A stretch of 64,000 nt of DNA from an uncultured Verrucomicrobiae bacterium. GTDB taxonomy: Bacteria > Verrucomicrobiota > Verrucomicrobiia > Chthoniobacterales > UBA10450. The stretch's first letter is position 1. Each line of letters starts with the position of its first letter. The notes under the pieces are model-generated. The model was given only the letters and a program-made list of their open reading frames with translations. It was not told where the DNA came from and searched no databases. The stretch covers positions 1-64,000 of the forward strand of contig CAWDGJ010000001.1 of the NCBI GenBank assembly GCA_963801815.1. The letters are read 5' to 3'. The translations under genes and the position numbers were made by a program. This document shows, piece after piece, positions 63,842 through 64,000 of the stretch.

Positions 63842-64000
63842 TGGGTCCCTGGAGATATGGGCATTGTCACGGGGAATTGCCGGGCTCCGCCGCTAATCGG
63901 CACGTTTTTTCTACCGCCAGGCAGAGCTAATTGCTGCGTTTGGTTAGCAGCGGTAGAAGTGCGAGAACGAGTTGCCTGGCTTGGAACATTGATCTTTCCG

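Overview
This window is not one contiguous genome. It looks like a chimeric Oxford Nanopore read or contig in three parts. (1) 1-31299 is high-GC actinobacterial DNA (filamentous type, bldC present). It holds a mosaic island of tandem tRNA-targeting integrative elements. These include a tyrosine integrase with an internal GntR wHTH and four copies of a ~115-bp arm-site-to-anticodon-loop att module. The island also carries a group II intron 5' relic, an IS relic and a probable TA pair. It is followed by an iniR-iniC-iniA-iniB-Hsp70 type locus in which an [IniB-like + His-rich low-complexity protein] unit is tandemly duplicated. (2) 31355-37901 is the reverse complement of 24722-31299, joined through a nanopore-adapter-like spacer, so it is the complementary strand read a second time. 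(3) After a second adapter-like junction (37902-37955), 37956-64000 is lower-GC housekeeping DNA, most likely Verrucomicrobia (Chthoniobacterales-like, by inference). It has rnd, nadE, fabI, treS-mak, clpS, ybeY, panE, ndh, rpmI, SRP RNA and moeB. It also carries a family of inverted short-tandem-repeat elements, one of which encloses a four-helix-bundle gene. Most frameshifts are probably read errors. The best candidates for under-described biology are (a) the modular tRNA-att cassette system, (b) the duplicated IniB plus low-complexity partner units with TTAGGGGAT boxes, and (c) the inverted-microsatellite / four-helix-bundle elements.
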